NCBI GenBank assembly: GCA_037310415.1
Contig: CP147780.1
Coordinates: 1,600,001 to 1,664,000, forward strand
Length of the DNA: 64,000 nt
Reading direction: 5' to 3'
DNA from: Candidatus Atabeyarchaeum deiterrae
GTDB taxonomy: Archaea > Asgardarchaeota > Atabeyarchaeia > Atabeyarchaeales > Atabeyarchaeaceae
The notes below the pieces were generated by a model, which searched no databases, was not told the DNA's origin, and saw only the letters and a list, made by a program, of their open reading frames with translations. The position numbers and the translations under genes were made by a program. Below, in pieces: positions 38,382-48,918 of this stretch (position 1 is the first letter of the stretch; each line of letters starts with the position of its first letter).

Positions 38382-39905
38382 ATGAGCGGTGGTTATCTGC
38401 TAAGTGTCGACTCTGGAACGACGGCAACGAAAGTTGCCCTCTTCAACGATAAAGGTGAACTTCAAGCCATTTCAACGCACGAATACAAGCTTATCACACC
38501 CAGCGCTCTTGCAGTGGAGATCGATGCAGATACTCTGTGGAATGCCTTCAAAGCTGGAGTAGCTGAAGTCGTCAAAAAGACGAAGACAAACACAAAGGAC
38601 ATCGCCGCAATAGGGATTTCGGCTCAAGGAGAAACACTAATCCTACTAGACAGGAACGGGAAGCCTCTCAGGCGAGCCATCTCATGGATGGACAACAGAG
38701 CCCAAGGAGAAGCCGAGAAGCTTGACAAGGAATTTGACGATGGAACAAGTTACCGAATAACTGGCCAAGTGAAACTTGTGCCAACGTGGCCAGCATCAAA
38801 AATACTCTGGATAAAAAGAAATGAACCTGACCTGTACAAGAAAGTCTACAAGTATCTTCTTGTTGAGGATTACTTGATCTATAAGATGACTAGCAACTTT
38901 GCCTGTGAAGGTTCATTGATCTGCTCCACCTGTTATTGGAATATCATTACTGAGAAATGGTGGGACGAAATGCTTGAATGCCTAGGCATTTCTCTGGAGC
39001 AGCTGCCCGAAATCAAGCTATCCGGCGAAGCTGTTGGCGAGCTTACACGCGAAGCAGCTTCCGAGCTTGGACTGACAACCAAGACCGTTGTATCGATGGG
39101 AGCACTTGACCAAGCATGTGGTGCGATCGGAGTTGGAAACACTCGGCAAGGAATGTTCTCAGAGAATACTGGGGCAGCTCTGGCAATATGTGCCCCCGTA
39201 GAAGAACCCATTTTTGACGAGGAGCGCAGGATGCCAGTTCACTACTTTGCCATTCCTCACAGGTATATGGAGCACACGTTCACGACTGGCGGAATGGTCC
39301 TACGTTGGTATCGGGACACGTTCTGTCAACCTGAGATTGCTGCTGCATCCCTGTCAAAGGTGGATCCGTATGATACAATTGGAGATGAGGCTGAACAGGT
39401 TCCACCAGGATGCGAGGGGCTAGTTATGTTGCCTCACCTTCAAGGAGCGATGGCACCTGAAGCAAATCAGAAAGCCAAGGGTGTCTTCTACGGCTTCACA
39501 CTGAAACACACGAAAGCTCACTTCGCCAGGGCTATCATGGAAGCAATTGCGTGCATCGTTCGAAGAAACATAGACGTAATCGAAGACCTTGGAACAAAGG
39601 TAAATGAGATCAGAGCGCTGGGAGGGGGCGCGAGGTCTCGAGTCTGGAAGCAGATAGAAGCCGACATTACAAAAAGACCCGTCGTCACCACAAAGAATGA
39701 GGAAGCAGCGTGTCTGGGGGCGGCGATTCTGGCTGGGAAGGCGATTGGTCTCTACCATAACATAGAACAGGCCTCTGAAAACATGGTGGCGATAAAAGAA
39801 AGATTCGAGCCCAATTACAGGAATTTCAGCATTTATGACCATAGTTATGAGAAGTATGTCAAGTTGTACTCGGATCTATGTGACTTGTTCTCAAAGGAAG
39901 AATAA
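38382..39905 (+). CDS. FGGY-family carbohydrate kinase (xylulokinase-like)
   Basis: DSGTTATK, WMDNRA, DQACGAIG and GGGARS motifs. Confidence 0.9.
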   Translation: MSGGYLLSVDSGTTATKVALFNDKGELQAISTHEYKLITPSALAVEIDADTLWNAFKAGVAEVVKKTKTNTKDIAAIGISAQGETLILLDRNGKPLRRAISWMDNRAQGEAEKLDKEFDDGTSYRITGQVKLVPTWPASKILWIKRNEPDLYKKVYKYLLVEDYLIYKMTSNFACEGSLICSTCYWNIITEKWWDEMLECLGISLEQLPEIKLSGEAVGELTREAASELGLTTKTVVSMGALDQACGAIGVGNTRQGMFSENTGAALAICAPVEEPIFDEERRMPVHYFAIPHRYMEHTFTTGGMVLRWYRDTFCQPEIAAASLSKVDPYDTIGDEAEQVPPGCEGLVMLPHLQGAMAPEANQKAKGVFYGFTLKHTKAHFARAIMEAIACIVRRNIDVIEDLGTKVNEIRALGGGARSRVWKQIEADITKRPVVTTKNEEAACLGAAILAGKAIGLYHNIEQASENMVAIKERFEPNYRNFSIYDHSYEKYVKLYSDLCDLFSKEE

Positions 39906-39958
39906 CTGAGTGAGAACAGTTTTTTTCATCCTTTTTTGGTGTATTGACGATAGTTCAC

Positions 39959-40624
39959 TCACTTGTTTGTCTCTTCTAGCACCGCTTTCAATTGGTCACT
40001 CAACGATCCCCGTGGGATGAATCTCCTTTCAAGTATTGCTCCACCAATTGTGAAAGCCCACACATTGAGTTTAACCATTTCGCGGACTCGTTCATAGCTG
40101 TCTATGCTTCCTGCTATTATTAATGGGATATTCACGGCTTTCTTGACAGCCATGATCAGCTTTCTGACATCCCCATCATAACGGTATGCGAGCAAGTTGA
40201 TCCCATGTGCTCCCATTTTCTCCACTTTCTTTGCGTCCTCGACTATCTCACTAATGGTTCCTCTGAGAAGACAAGGGTGACCAATGATCTTTCCAATGTA
40301 GGGAAAATACTTGACTCCACTTCCTTTTACCAATGGCAGAGTCTGTTTAGGAAAAGTTCCTCCAATAAGGTAGTCCACACGGAGGTCTAGGGCAGCTTTG
40401 GCTGATCTTAGGTTTTCCTCTTCAGATCCGCTCACTACCTCGAGGAACGTTTTCATCTTCTGGTTTTTCATCATTTTGACGAGTTCCATGAGCTTCTCAT
40501 TCGGCAGACCGATATCCTTGAATCCAACGCACTTGAAACCGGCTCCTTTAGTTTCCCTATACACTTCTATCGCGTTGGAAATAGTGAAGTCGTTTTGTGT
40601 TAGCATGAAGATGAACTCAACCAT
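39959..40624 (-). CDS. ribulose-phosphate-binding TIM-barrel protein of unknown activity
   Basis: FIFMLT, GFKDIG, LEVV, GHP, LLAYR, AGSI and FTIGGA pattern; C-terminal phosphate-binding-type GS/GG loops. Confidence 0.7.
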   Translation of the reverse strand: MVEFIFMLTQNDFTISNAIEVYRETKGAGFKCVGFKDIGLPNEKLMELVKMMKNQKMKTFLEVVSGSEEENLRSAKAALDLRVDYLIGGTFPKQTLPLVKGSGVKYFPYIGKIIGHPCLLRGTISEIVEDAKKVEKMGAHGINLLAYRYDGDVRKLIMAVKKAVNIPLIIAGSIDSYERVREMVKLNVWAFTIGGAILERRFIPRGSLSDQLKAVLEETNK

Positions 40625-40741
40625 CCAATCATACCTCCTGACTACTGTAAGGCGTCATGGGGCGGACAAAAATCTTGGCTGCGGAGGAAAGCTACGAACG
40701 ACCTTGAAGCATGTGTTTCCTCCCAGCCTCACAGTACGCTT

Positions 40742-41479
40742 CTATTTTTCTTCGAACTCTATCGCGAAAACCCTTCCAGGCGTTGCACTAAGGCCGACGA
40801 TCCTGAGAGGAGCTGCAACTAAGAAGACTCGCTTGTCAACAACCTCTGGGCAGTTTGTCATGCCTGTGACTATCGGAATTCCGTTCTCGAGTAGCGCCGA
40901 ATGTCCTCCTAACGACATTATTATGTGTTGCTCAGCCACTCCAACGCACTTGACACCTTTGTCTACAAGCCAGTGCGCAGCTGTGGCGCCAATCAATGGA
41001 ACATCGGGGATCTCAAAGTCAGTGTAGAAGAAGACTATGTCACCCTTCCTTATCTTTTTGTCCAGTGGTTTCATGTCTTCCTCTGTAAGGAGTTTTCCAG
41101 TGACGCCCATCCTCTCGGCTCTTTCTCTAATCTTGTCCATGTCATCTTCCATGCCAACATAACTCATGTTGATGACGATGCCCTCGCCGGCAAACAAGTC
41201 GATGGGCAGCTCGCCTATTGTCTTTCCTCCTTTGAACATATATTGGTGGTAAGGCGCCTCAATATGGGTTCCAAGATGGCTCCAGATCGTTATGTCCTCT
41301 ACCAAGCAACGATCAGGGACGTATATGTAAGGGTCAACTTTTATGAGCTTGTCACGATCATTTGCTCCCCATTGATCTTCTTTCTGCCAATTAGGATCCT
41401 TCGCGTCTATGATTTCAGTCATATCGATTATTCGTTTGATTTTCACTTTGTCTACCCTCCAATCAACAAATCTAATCAA
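40742..41479 (-). CDS. cyclase family (kynurenine formamidase-like) metal hydrolase
   Basis: HLGTHIEAPYH; KGDIV; H..LL. Confidence 0.85.
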   Translation of the reverse strand: MIRFVDWRVDKVKIKRIIDMTEIIDAKDPNWQKEDQWGANDRDKLIKVDPYIYVPDRCLVEDITIWSHLGTHIEAPYHQYMFKGGKTIGELPIDLFAGEGIVINMSYVGMEDDMDKIRERAERMGVTGKLLTEEDMKPLDKKIRKGDIVFFYTDFEIPDVPLIGATAAHWLVDKGVKCVGVAEQHIIMSLGGHSALLENGIPIVTGMTNCPEVVDKRVFLVAAPLRIVGLSATPGRVFAIEFEEK

Positions 41480-41599
41480 TTAGGATCTGGGATTGTATAA
41501 TTAGGCTTCCATGCTTCATCAATAATAAGGTTTCTAAAAGAAGATCCTTTTCCCATACGGCAACTGAAAGCAATGCACATACCCGGAAAGCTGCGTTGT

Positions 41600-42397
41600 C
41601 TACTTCACGGTGATTATTCCACCTGAGACATTTATCGCCTGACCAGTAATGAATTCAGAATCATCTGTAGCTAAGAACACGACTGCTTTTGCAACATCTT
41701 CAGGCTGTTCGAGTCTGCCGCACGGCGTGTACTCAATGAATTCCCTGTCAAGGTCTTCAGGTGTGCGTCCGTCAGCCTCAAGGTCACACATCCATTTCTT
41801 CTCCCTCTTTTGCATGTCTGTCTCCACCATTCCCGGGCAGATGGCATTAACTGTGATGTGGTGTGATGCTAGTTCTAAGGCTAAGCTGGCTGTCAATGCA
41901 ATGACAGCTGCCTTTGATGCGTTATAATGAGCATAGTACTTGGAGCCGGTCTTCCCAGCAACAGAGGCAATGTTGATGATTCGTCCACCTTCCCCACGGT
42001 CAATCAAATACTTCGCGACGCTCTTGGAGCAGAGGAACTGACCCTTGGAGTTCACATCCATGTTGAAATCCCAATCCTTCTCTGACAAGTCGACAACCCT
42101 CGCCATGCTTGAGACGCCCGCGTTGTTTACGAGAATATCGATCTTGCCAAACTCGGCAACTGTTCTTTTAACCATCGCTTCGACATCAGTTCTATTGGTT
42201 ACATCCACTTTCAGAGCCAAAGCCTTTCTACCCAGCGCCTCCACTTCAGAGGCAGTCTCCTTCGCGGTCTCTTTATTTATATCGGCTATGGCTACGGCTG
42301 CCCCTTCCTTTGACAGTGCGATCGCGATGGCCTTTCCTATCCCTTTGCCTGCTCCCGTTACTATTGCAACTCTGCTTTCAAGTCTCATCATTGGCAA
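41600..42397 (-). CDS. SDR family oxidoreductase (polyol/sugar dehydrogenase-like)
   Basis: TGAGKGIG, NNAG, YNASK, VNAICPG. Confidence 0.92.
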   Translation of the reverse strand: MPMMRLESRVAIVTGAGKGIGKAIAIALSKEGAAVAIADINKETAKETASEVEALGRKALALKVDVTNRTDVEAMVKRTVAEFGKIDILVNNAGVSSMARVVDLSEKDWDFNMDVNSKGQFLCSKSVAKYLIDRGEGGRIINIASVAGKTGSKYYAHYNASKAAVIALTASLALELASHHITVNAICPGMVETDMQKREKKWMCDLEADGRTPEDLDREFIEYTPCGRLEQPEDVAKAVVFLATDDSEFITGQAINVSGGIITVK

Positions 42398-42497
42398 ACA
42401 ACCTCATTGAATACAGCCATCATATTACTGCCTCCAACTATGCAAAGTCAATGGATAAATCTCTTGCCGTCAATCGATCTCGCTTGAAAGCATCAGT

Positions 42498-43604
42498 TCA
42501 CGGCACTCCAATCATGTGTTGTTTCCAGCAATACCATGGATCTTCAAATGGGGGAAGCGAGAATTCATGCCTCAAAGGAAGACACATGAACGTAGCCGAT
42601 ATGAAGCTGAAGTATCCGCACGGGCGAAGTGACTTCACAATCGCTGTGTCAAATTGACTTGCAAGCGCCATGTGCCACGAGCAGTCCCGCATTTCCCCAT
42701 CCTGTGTCAAGTCTTCGATCACGGACCGTACATATGTTTCCTTCTGGGGACTCTGCAGATCATTTGAGGCAAACAAGTCATTGATGACCCACGTATTGAA
42801 AGTTCTTCCAAAGAACCTCATTCTGAAGACTGATGCCTCAGCTCCACAGATAATTCTGCCAGATTTCTCAATGTACCTGGCCGCAGGCGAGATGGAATTC
42901 GGTGCATCCCTGATGAGCCAGTTCCAAGACTCTCTTGAATAAGGGTGGAAAAGCGGTATTCTTTGAAGAGAATCGTTCATGGCATCGAGGTAATGCTCGC
43001 ATTCTGTCTTATCACTGCAATCGAGTTTTCGTGTTCTTGCTTGACTTTTGGCGAGTCTGCATCGCCTTGAGGATATTCCTGATACCACAACCATGATTGG
43101 AGCAGCGATATTCATTGGTAGAGGAAGATTCCTGATCGCTGATCGGAGTCTTCCACTTTTGCCATGGATGTAGGAGTAGTGAACATCTTTGAATCCGAGT
43201 CTTCTATAGATGCGAGCTCCTCTACCCGAAGGATTGGCGTAAAGAAACATGGCCGAGTATCCTCTCTTATTGGACTCGCTTATTGCCATGCTCATCAAAT
43301 GACCCGCTATTCCTCTTCCTCGCCAATTAGGGGAAGTCGATACGTCATCAATCCATCCGACAACTTGTCTCCGACCATTAACGGATATTTCGCCTTCGCT
43401 GAGCACAAGAGATCCGACAATCTGACCAGTACCTTGATCCTCAGCAAGAAGTATCCCAGAAGGGTCAAACCCAGGCATCCTGAGATACATCCAGATCCAC
43501 TCTTCAAGGGTCCTGTAGGCTTCAAAACATGTATTGAATAGGTCAACCACAGCCTTTGCATCCTTGTTTTCGAACGTTCGGAAGAGCAGTTTCATGGAAT
43601 GCAC
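42498..43604 (-). CDS. tandem-GNAT N-acetyltransferase
   Basis: VSTSPNWRGRGIA and IYRRLGF in the N-terminal GNAT; second GNAT-like half. Confidence 0.8.
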   Translation of the reverse strand: MHSMKLLFRTFENKDAKAVVDLFNTCFEAYRTLEEWIWMYLRMPGFDPSGILLAEDQGTGQIVGSLVLSEGEISVNGRRQVVGWIDDVSTSPNWRGRGIAGHLMSMAISESNKRGYSAMFLYANPSGRGARIYRRLGFKDVHYSYIHGKSGRLRSAIRNLPLPMNIAAPIMVVVSGISSRRCRLAKSQARTRKLDCSDKTECEHYLDAMNDSLQRIPLFHPYSRESWNWLIRDAPNSISPAARYIEKSGRIICGAEASVFRMRFFGRTFNTWVINDLFASNDLQSPQKETYVRSVIEDLTQDGEMRDCSWHMALASQFDTAIVKSLRPCGYFSFISATFMCLPLRHEFSLPPFEDPWYCWKQHMIGVP

Positions 43605-43764
43605 CTTCGGATTATACGCTAGATTTCACTTCAATGGGGCGGGAAAGGAATGACATGATGTGACCCCATAGCTGGTTTCACCTTACGAGTTCACTCTCTG
43701 ACCATGCACTAGTCTTTTATATGTGAAGGTTTTAACCATATGCTTTAGAAGGTGATTTAAGTCT

Positions 43765-44090
43765 ATGCCAACAATCGCAGAACAAATGAAGGGTCTAGTG
43801 TCAAAATTCAAAGCAGCTGAAGCTAAAGGCTGGAACAGAATTCTCCAGATCACAGTGACTGGAACAGGCGGAGGAGTTTGGCACTTCATAATACAAGACC
43901 AAAAAGTTGAGTTCAAGGAAGGAGAGAATCCAAAGGCCAACATGAAGGTTACAACTGACGTCGCCACTTGGAAATCAATGGGCGAAGGAAAACTTAGCGG
44001 AACAAGCGCATTCATGTCTGGAAAGCTGAAAGCGCAAGGTCCGATGGCCGACCTCATAAAGACGGGCAAAGTATTCCCAGGCATGTTCTA
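43765..44090 (+). CDS. SCP2 sterol/lipid-binding domain protein
   Basis: GGGVW and AFMSGKLKAQG signature. Confidence 0.88.
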
Positions 44091-44215
44091 GGTAGGCGGT
44101 GAACGACGACTTCTGGGGTCGACAGGTGAATTAGCCATCCGTTTCCCCTTCTCCTACACTTCTTTTTTGTTCAATCTCGAAATCGCAGAGGTTACTATAT
44201 GTGCCTTGTACAGTT

Positions 44216-44641
44216 TCATGATTTCCTTGGCGGCAATTTCACCATAAGCAACTTCTTAACATCGCCAATATCTTCCTTTGACTCAATTGGCATGAAGAGC
44301 CCGCCCCCTTCGCGAAACTCGTGCGCATCTTCAAGAACTTTCCTCACTTTCCTGCTAAGGGTCAAGTTGAAAGCATTCTCTTTCTCGGCAGATCCAACTA
44401 TGATTTGTACAGTGAACATGCCTCTCCCGGGATACATTGATAATAGTGCTTTGCCTCCTTTTCGATAACGGAGTGCCCATCCATAGTTCTTTCCGTAGAA
44501 ACCAAAATCGCTTTGAATTCCATGATCGTCTGCAATGAATTGAATCAGGTCTTCCCACAACTCTCGTTCGGAACCTACAACCCTCGACATATCCCCGAGC
44601 GTCGGTTGATGCTTCTTGTCTACAAACACGCTAACACCCAT
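44216..44641 (-). CDS. DUF3788-like protein
   Basis: YGKNYGWALRYRKGGKAL; DVKKLLMVK. Confidence 0.75.
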   Translation of the reverse strand: MGVSVFVDKKHQPTLGDMSRVVGSERELWEDLIQFIADDHGIQSDFGFYGKNYGWALRYRKGGKALLSMYPGRGMFTVQIIVGSAEKENAFNLTLSRKVRKVLEDAHEFREGGGLFMPIESKEDIGDVKKLLMVKLPPRKS

Positions 44642-44687
44642 GACAATATTCCCTCAATACTTCTTGTGATGCCTCGCTACAATATGC

Positions 44688-45509
44688 CTAAAGAATCGAC
44701 ACCAAGAAACGGTTAAGACCGTATGCGTCTATCCTTCGGGATTCGGTTTTCATGAGCGGTATTACTCCGGAACGAATAATCTCCCGAGCTTCACCTGCGG
44801 GGAGATGCTTCTTTAGAATCTCTACAAACTGGGTCAACAATAGACCAAGCCTCTTTTTTACCGTCTCATAGTTTGCAGAAAAGACGTCAACCCCGATCAA
44901 GTCCAAAACTGGTCTTGCGCCAGAGAAGTCATACGAGGCCGAAGCCTTGCATCTCTTGCCGAAATCGTCAACATAAGGCTTGAATTCGAACCATAACTGG
45001 TTGTTGCGACTGGGTATCTTCGCGAAAATGGCATCAAAGATCTTCTGGTAGATTTCAAGCACGTCTAGTGCTTTGGCACCCTTGATTACACCGCCTATTT
45101 TGCTCCACTGCTGTACTAGTTGGTCAGCGACCGCCTCAAATGCCTTGAAGTCTGATGACGCTCCCGACCAACTCTTAAGAAACGTCTCCGCCTTTGCCCC
45201 TCTCAAATGCGGGAACATTTCGAGAAAAGAGCTACTCAAATAGCTTACTTGAGCCTTCAAATGGGATTCTGAATCGCTCTTGGCTCCCGTAACCACGAAT
45301 ATAAGGGGATCCGCGTAACGGTAAATCCACTTCGTACCCTTGGTTTCAAGAGCAGAGATCCTGTCGCCCTTCAACCCCGAATCAGAGAAACTCGTGAGGG
45401 CCGAAAGAAACATGGGAATCAGTTCTGTCCCACCTGTCTTCTTGGTGTAACATCTTTCAAGAAGGCAACGTCCGCTGATTTTCTCGATCACCCAGAAATC
45501 TCGAATCAT
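44688..45509 (-). CDS. longin-like domain protein with helical C-terminal extension
   Basis: IRDFWVI..SGRCLL, FLSALTSFS, ISALE...WIY and LIFVV pattern typical of Asgard longins. Confidence 0.65.
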   Translation of the reverse strand: MIRDFWVIEKISGRCLLERCYTKKTGGTELIPMFLSALTSFSDSGLKGDRISALETKGTKWIYRYADPLIFVVTGAKSDSESHLKAQVSYLSSSFLEMFPHLRGAKAETFLKSWSGASSDFKAFEAVADQLVQQWSKIGGVIKGAKALDVLEIYQKIFDAIFAKIPSRNNQLWFEFKPYVDDFGKRCKASASYDFSGARPVLDLIGVDVFSANYETVKKRLGLLLTQFVEILKKHLPAGEAREIIRSGVIPLMKTESRRIDAYGLNRFLVSIL

Positions 45510-45669
45510 GCGGATGACCCCTCTCCTGCTTCAGATAACGATAGAATCAGAATAATAAATCTGGTGTCGGAGGGGACGTTCTACGTATGAGTTCATTGGA
45601 TCTCGTAGTAATATCGAAAAAGAAAAAGACAGAACTGATCGTTCGTCCTAGTCTGCGCATGAATGCTCT

Positions 45670-46029
45670 CTATTGCTCATCCTCACTTTCTTCAGTCTTT
45701 TCAGCTTCGTGAGGCGCTTCGTCGCTCACTCGTTCACTTTTGCTCTTCAAGGATTCACTCGCTGTCTTACTCATCTTCTTTCCTGCTTGACTCGTTGCAT
45801 CTCCCAGCTTCGTAACCGCAGAACCTGTCGCAATGGTTAGTTTCTTGCCAGTCTCGCTTGTCGCCTCACCCATCTTCTTCGCTGCCGAGCCAAATGCCGC
45901 GCTCGCCTTCTTTCCAGCTTGACCTAATGCTTCGCCCGCCTTCCTCCCAGCGTCGCCTGCCGCCTTACCTGCTTTGTCTGCCGTTTCCTTGAGCTTTTTC
46001 TTGACCTTTTCATCCATTCCCAATTCCAT
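45670..46029 (-). CDS. 11-mer repeat amphipathic helical protein (LEA-3/apolipoprotein-like)
   Basis: Seven consecutive K-started 11-mers; acidic tail; AGGTGA RBS. Confidence 0.75.
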   Translation of the reverse strand: MELGMDEKVKKKLKETADKAGKAAGDAGRKAGEALGQAGKKASAAFGSAAKKMGEATSETGKKLTIATGSAVTKLGDATSQAGKKMSKTASESLKSKSERVSDEAPHEAEKTEESEDEQ

Positions 46030-46167
46030 TCACCTATTCATAGTACTGCCTCTGCATGACAGATAAACATATAGGACGTTACAGCCGTAGAGGCGAAGAG
46101 GCTTTCGTTGACAAAGGGTGGTCGAGGAAGCTCCCACTGAGGCACTAGTGTCGCCAGGAATGCGTTT

Positions 46168-48918
46168 TCACTTCTTCAATGCTCTGAGAATGAGCTTGCG
46201 TAATTCCTCAGCGGCGACCACGACTAACGTTACCAAAAGGAGGTAACCCCAATCGACAGCATTGAGAGCGATCGTTCCAAAGATAGGTTGTAGCCATGGC
46301 AGATAGATTATGGTGGCAAGGATTCCAACCTGAGCGGCGATTCCTGCCAGGATCCACTTGTTGCGCGAGAATCCCATGCGAAACATAGAAACTCGGTTCG
46401 TCCTGCACGAGAGAACATTGGCTACCTGTCCAAGCACGATGCCCGCAAGTGTCATCGTGGTTCCTTTAATGTAGACAAGATCCGAAGTGTCCAACATCGT
46501 TCCCCATTTCCACCCGCCGGCACTCCAAGTCGTTAGACACCCGTACATCGCTCCAGCACCAATAATAAGCCCCACATAGAGAGACCGGAATAGAACCCCT
46601 CTATCAAATAGATGCTGTAGAGTGCTCCTCGGTGGCTTATTCATAATTCCTGGTTCAGCCGGTTCACGACTGATGGCGAGAGATGGGAGGATGTCTATGA
46701 ACAAGTCGATCGCCAAGACCTGCATTACGAGCAAGGGGAGCGGAATTCCGAGGAATGTGTACAAGAAGAAAGGAACAAGTTCAGCCCAGTTGTGAGAGAA
46801 TACGTAGACTATGAAACGCCGAATATTATCGTAGATCGCTCGTCCAGACTCAACCGCCTTAACAATGGAAGCGAAACTGTCATCCAAAAGCACTAGATCC
46901 GCACTCTCATGGGCAATATCTGTCGCAGATGCGCCCATCGCGACTCCGATATTTGCTTCCTTGAGTGAAGGAGCGTCATTAGCACCATCGCCAGTAACAG
47001 CAACGATTTCTCCAGCATCTTTGAGGGATTTGACAATTCGGAATTTCTCCTGAGGAGAAACGCGAGCAAAAATGCAAATTCCATTGCGCACCAGCTTCGC
47101 AATTTCGGGATCACTGAGCTTGTCCAAGTCTACACCACGGAGCAAACGATTATCTCCTGGTTCTATGATGCCCACTTCAATTGCGATGGCTTCCGTCGTG
47201 AACGCCGAGTCTCCCGTGATGATGACGACTTCGATGCCAGCTTGCTTTGCGATCTGAACAGCTTCCTTCACCTCACGGCGAGGCGGATCATACATCGCGA
47301 TCAGTCCAGCAAATACCAAGTCTTCCTCCACGTTACGATCTTTGGAGAACGACTCATTCTGTATTTCCTTATACGCGCATCCAATGATCCGTAGCCCGTT
47401 CCCTGCAAGATCTTTGTAGATGTTCTCTACGTAGGAGAGGTATTCGGGAGTCATGTTGTCGATGGTCCCATCTACCCGAAGTGCTTTAGTGCATGCGGGA
47501 AGTACGCTGAAGGGTGCACCTTTAACACACACGAGGAACTTGTCCTTGAATCGATGCACGGTCGTTTCGCGCTTCCGTTCAGAATCAAATGGAATAAGGT
47601 GGACAATGGGTCTTTCTTCCCGTATGGCCTGAATGTCAAGTCCGTATTTCACAGCTGCAATCAAAAGTGCCCCATCTAGGGTGTCCCCGATGATAGTCCA
47701 GCTTCTCTCAGGTTTTAGTTCTGGAGGAGGTTCAACTTTAGCCAAGTTGCACAGAGCAGCAATTTCAACGAGCTTATCCAGCGTCTGATATTCGCCAAGT
47801 TCAATATCATTGCCCTCCCGAGAGAATACGCCATCGGGACGGTAACCTAAGCCCGACACATCGAAAATGGAATCGCTAGAAAAAAGCTTGCGAACGGTCA
47901 TTTCTCCTTTCGTTATCGTTCCTGTCTTATCCGTGCAAATAGCTGTGACGCTGCCCAGCGTCTGCACCGCTGACAACCTCTTTACTAGTACATTCTGCCG
48001 AGCCATTTGTGCCATGCTGATTGCCAAAGCAGAAGACACAGTCAACTGCAGTCCCTCGGGCATGAGAGAAATAATTACTCCGATCATGAAAAGGATTCCA
48101 GTATAAAGCGAGAGTTGTAGCCAGACCAGTGCAATAACGAAAAAGACTATCCCAACAAACATGCCAAGGACAAAATCCCATTTCGCGGCAGCAGCGATCT
48201 CCTTTTCTAACGGACTCGGAGGATCCCTGATTTCCAAGGTCAGACCTGCAATCTCACCAAACTTCGTGCTCGCACCTGTTGCGAGGACGACCGCTTTTCC
48301 GTGGCCACGTACTACGCTCGTGCTCATAAAGACGAGGTTAGGCGCATCGAGGTATGAACCGTTTTCGTATCTAGCCGCGCCAGCAGTACGGGGTTGAGGC
48401 TCAGCTTCTCCTGTGAGAGGTATGTTATTTACCCATATGTCGTAAGCTTCCGCGAGGCGGGCGTCAGCAGGGACTCGGTCCCCCTGATCCAATGATATCA
48501 TGTCCCCTGGCACCAAATTCTCCACGTGTGTTTTTTGGAGGCGCCCGTCGCGAAATACTTTCGCCGATTCTGGCACCCAACCCTTCAGAGCATCCATGGC
48601 CTTCTCCGCTCGCACTTCCTGCAAAACGCTAGCAAAGGCATTCACTAAGACGATTCCAAGTATTACAACACCGACCACTGGCGTCCCGCTAAGAAATGAT
48701 AAGGCACTCGCAATCAAAAGCAGGAGACTAAACCCATCCTTCAGATAAGCAAAGAACCGCGTAAAAGATAGGTGAGTCGACCTGTGCGGAATTTCATTCC
48801 GTCCGAATTCTGCCAGGCGCCTGGAAGCTTCGCTCGATGTCAGACCCTCTGGAGAGGTTCGAACCTTGAGCAATACCTCTTCTAAAGACGACTCGATGAA
48901 TGCTTTCATATACTTCAC
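46168..48918 (-). CDS. type II cation-transporting P-type ATPase
   Basis: LTGE, PEGL, DKTGT, KGAP, DPPR, TGD and TGDGANDAP motifs. Confidence 0.95.
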   Translation of the reverse strand: MKYMKAFIESSLEEVLLKVRTSPEGLTSSEASRRLAEFGRNEIPHRSTHLSFTRFFAYLKDGFSLLLLIASALSFLSGTPVVGVVILGIVLVNAFASVLQEVRAEKAMDALKGWVPESAKVFRDGRLQKTHVENLVPGDMISLDQGDRVPADARLAEAYDIWVNNIPLTGEAEPQPRTAGAARYENGSYLDAPNLVFMSTSVVRGHGKAVVLATGASTKFGEIAGLTLEIRDPPSPLEKEIAAAAKWDFVLGMFVGIVFFVIALVWLQLSLYTGILFMIGVIISLMPEGLQLTVSSALAISMAQMARQNVLVKRLSAVQTLGSVTAICTDKTGTITKGEMTVRKLFSSDSIFDVSGLGYRPDGVFSREGNDIELGEYQTLDKLVEIAALCNLAKVEPPPELKPERSWTIIGDTLDGALLIAAVKYGLDIQAIREERPIVHLIPFDSERKRETTVHRFKDKFLVCVKGAPFSVLPACTKALRVDGTIDNMTPEYLSYVENIYKDLAGNGLRIIGCAYKEIQNESFSKDRNVEEDLVFAGLIAMYDPPRREVKEAVQIAKQAGIEVVIITGDSAFTTEAIAIEVGIIEPGDNRLLRGVDLDKLSDPEIAKLVRNGICIFARVSPQEKFRIVKSLKDAGEIVAVTGDGANDAPSLKEANIGVAMGASATDIAHESADLVLLDDSFASIVKAVESGRAIYDNIRRFIVYVFSHNWAELVPFFLYTFLGIPLPLLVMQVLAIDLFIDILPSLAISREPAEPGIMNKPPRSTLQHLFDRGVLFRSLYVGLIIGAGAMYGCLTTWSAGGWKWGTMLDTSDLVYIKGTTMTLAGIVLGQVANVLSCRTNRVSMFRMGFSRNKWILAGIAAQVGILATIIYLPWLQPIFGTIALNAVDWGYLLLVTLVVVAAEELRKLILRALKK

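Noticed and set aside
44091-44170. GTAGG...CCTAC-bounded possible structured RNA (SECIS-like) after the SCP2 gene
   Set aside because: Pairing is weak and there is no in-frame UGA in neighbouring genes; the T-tract suggests a simple terminator region
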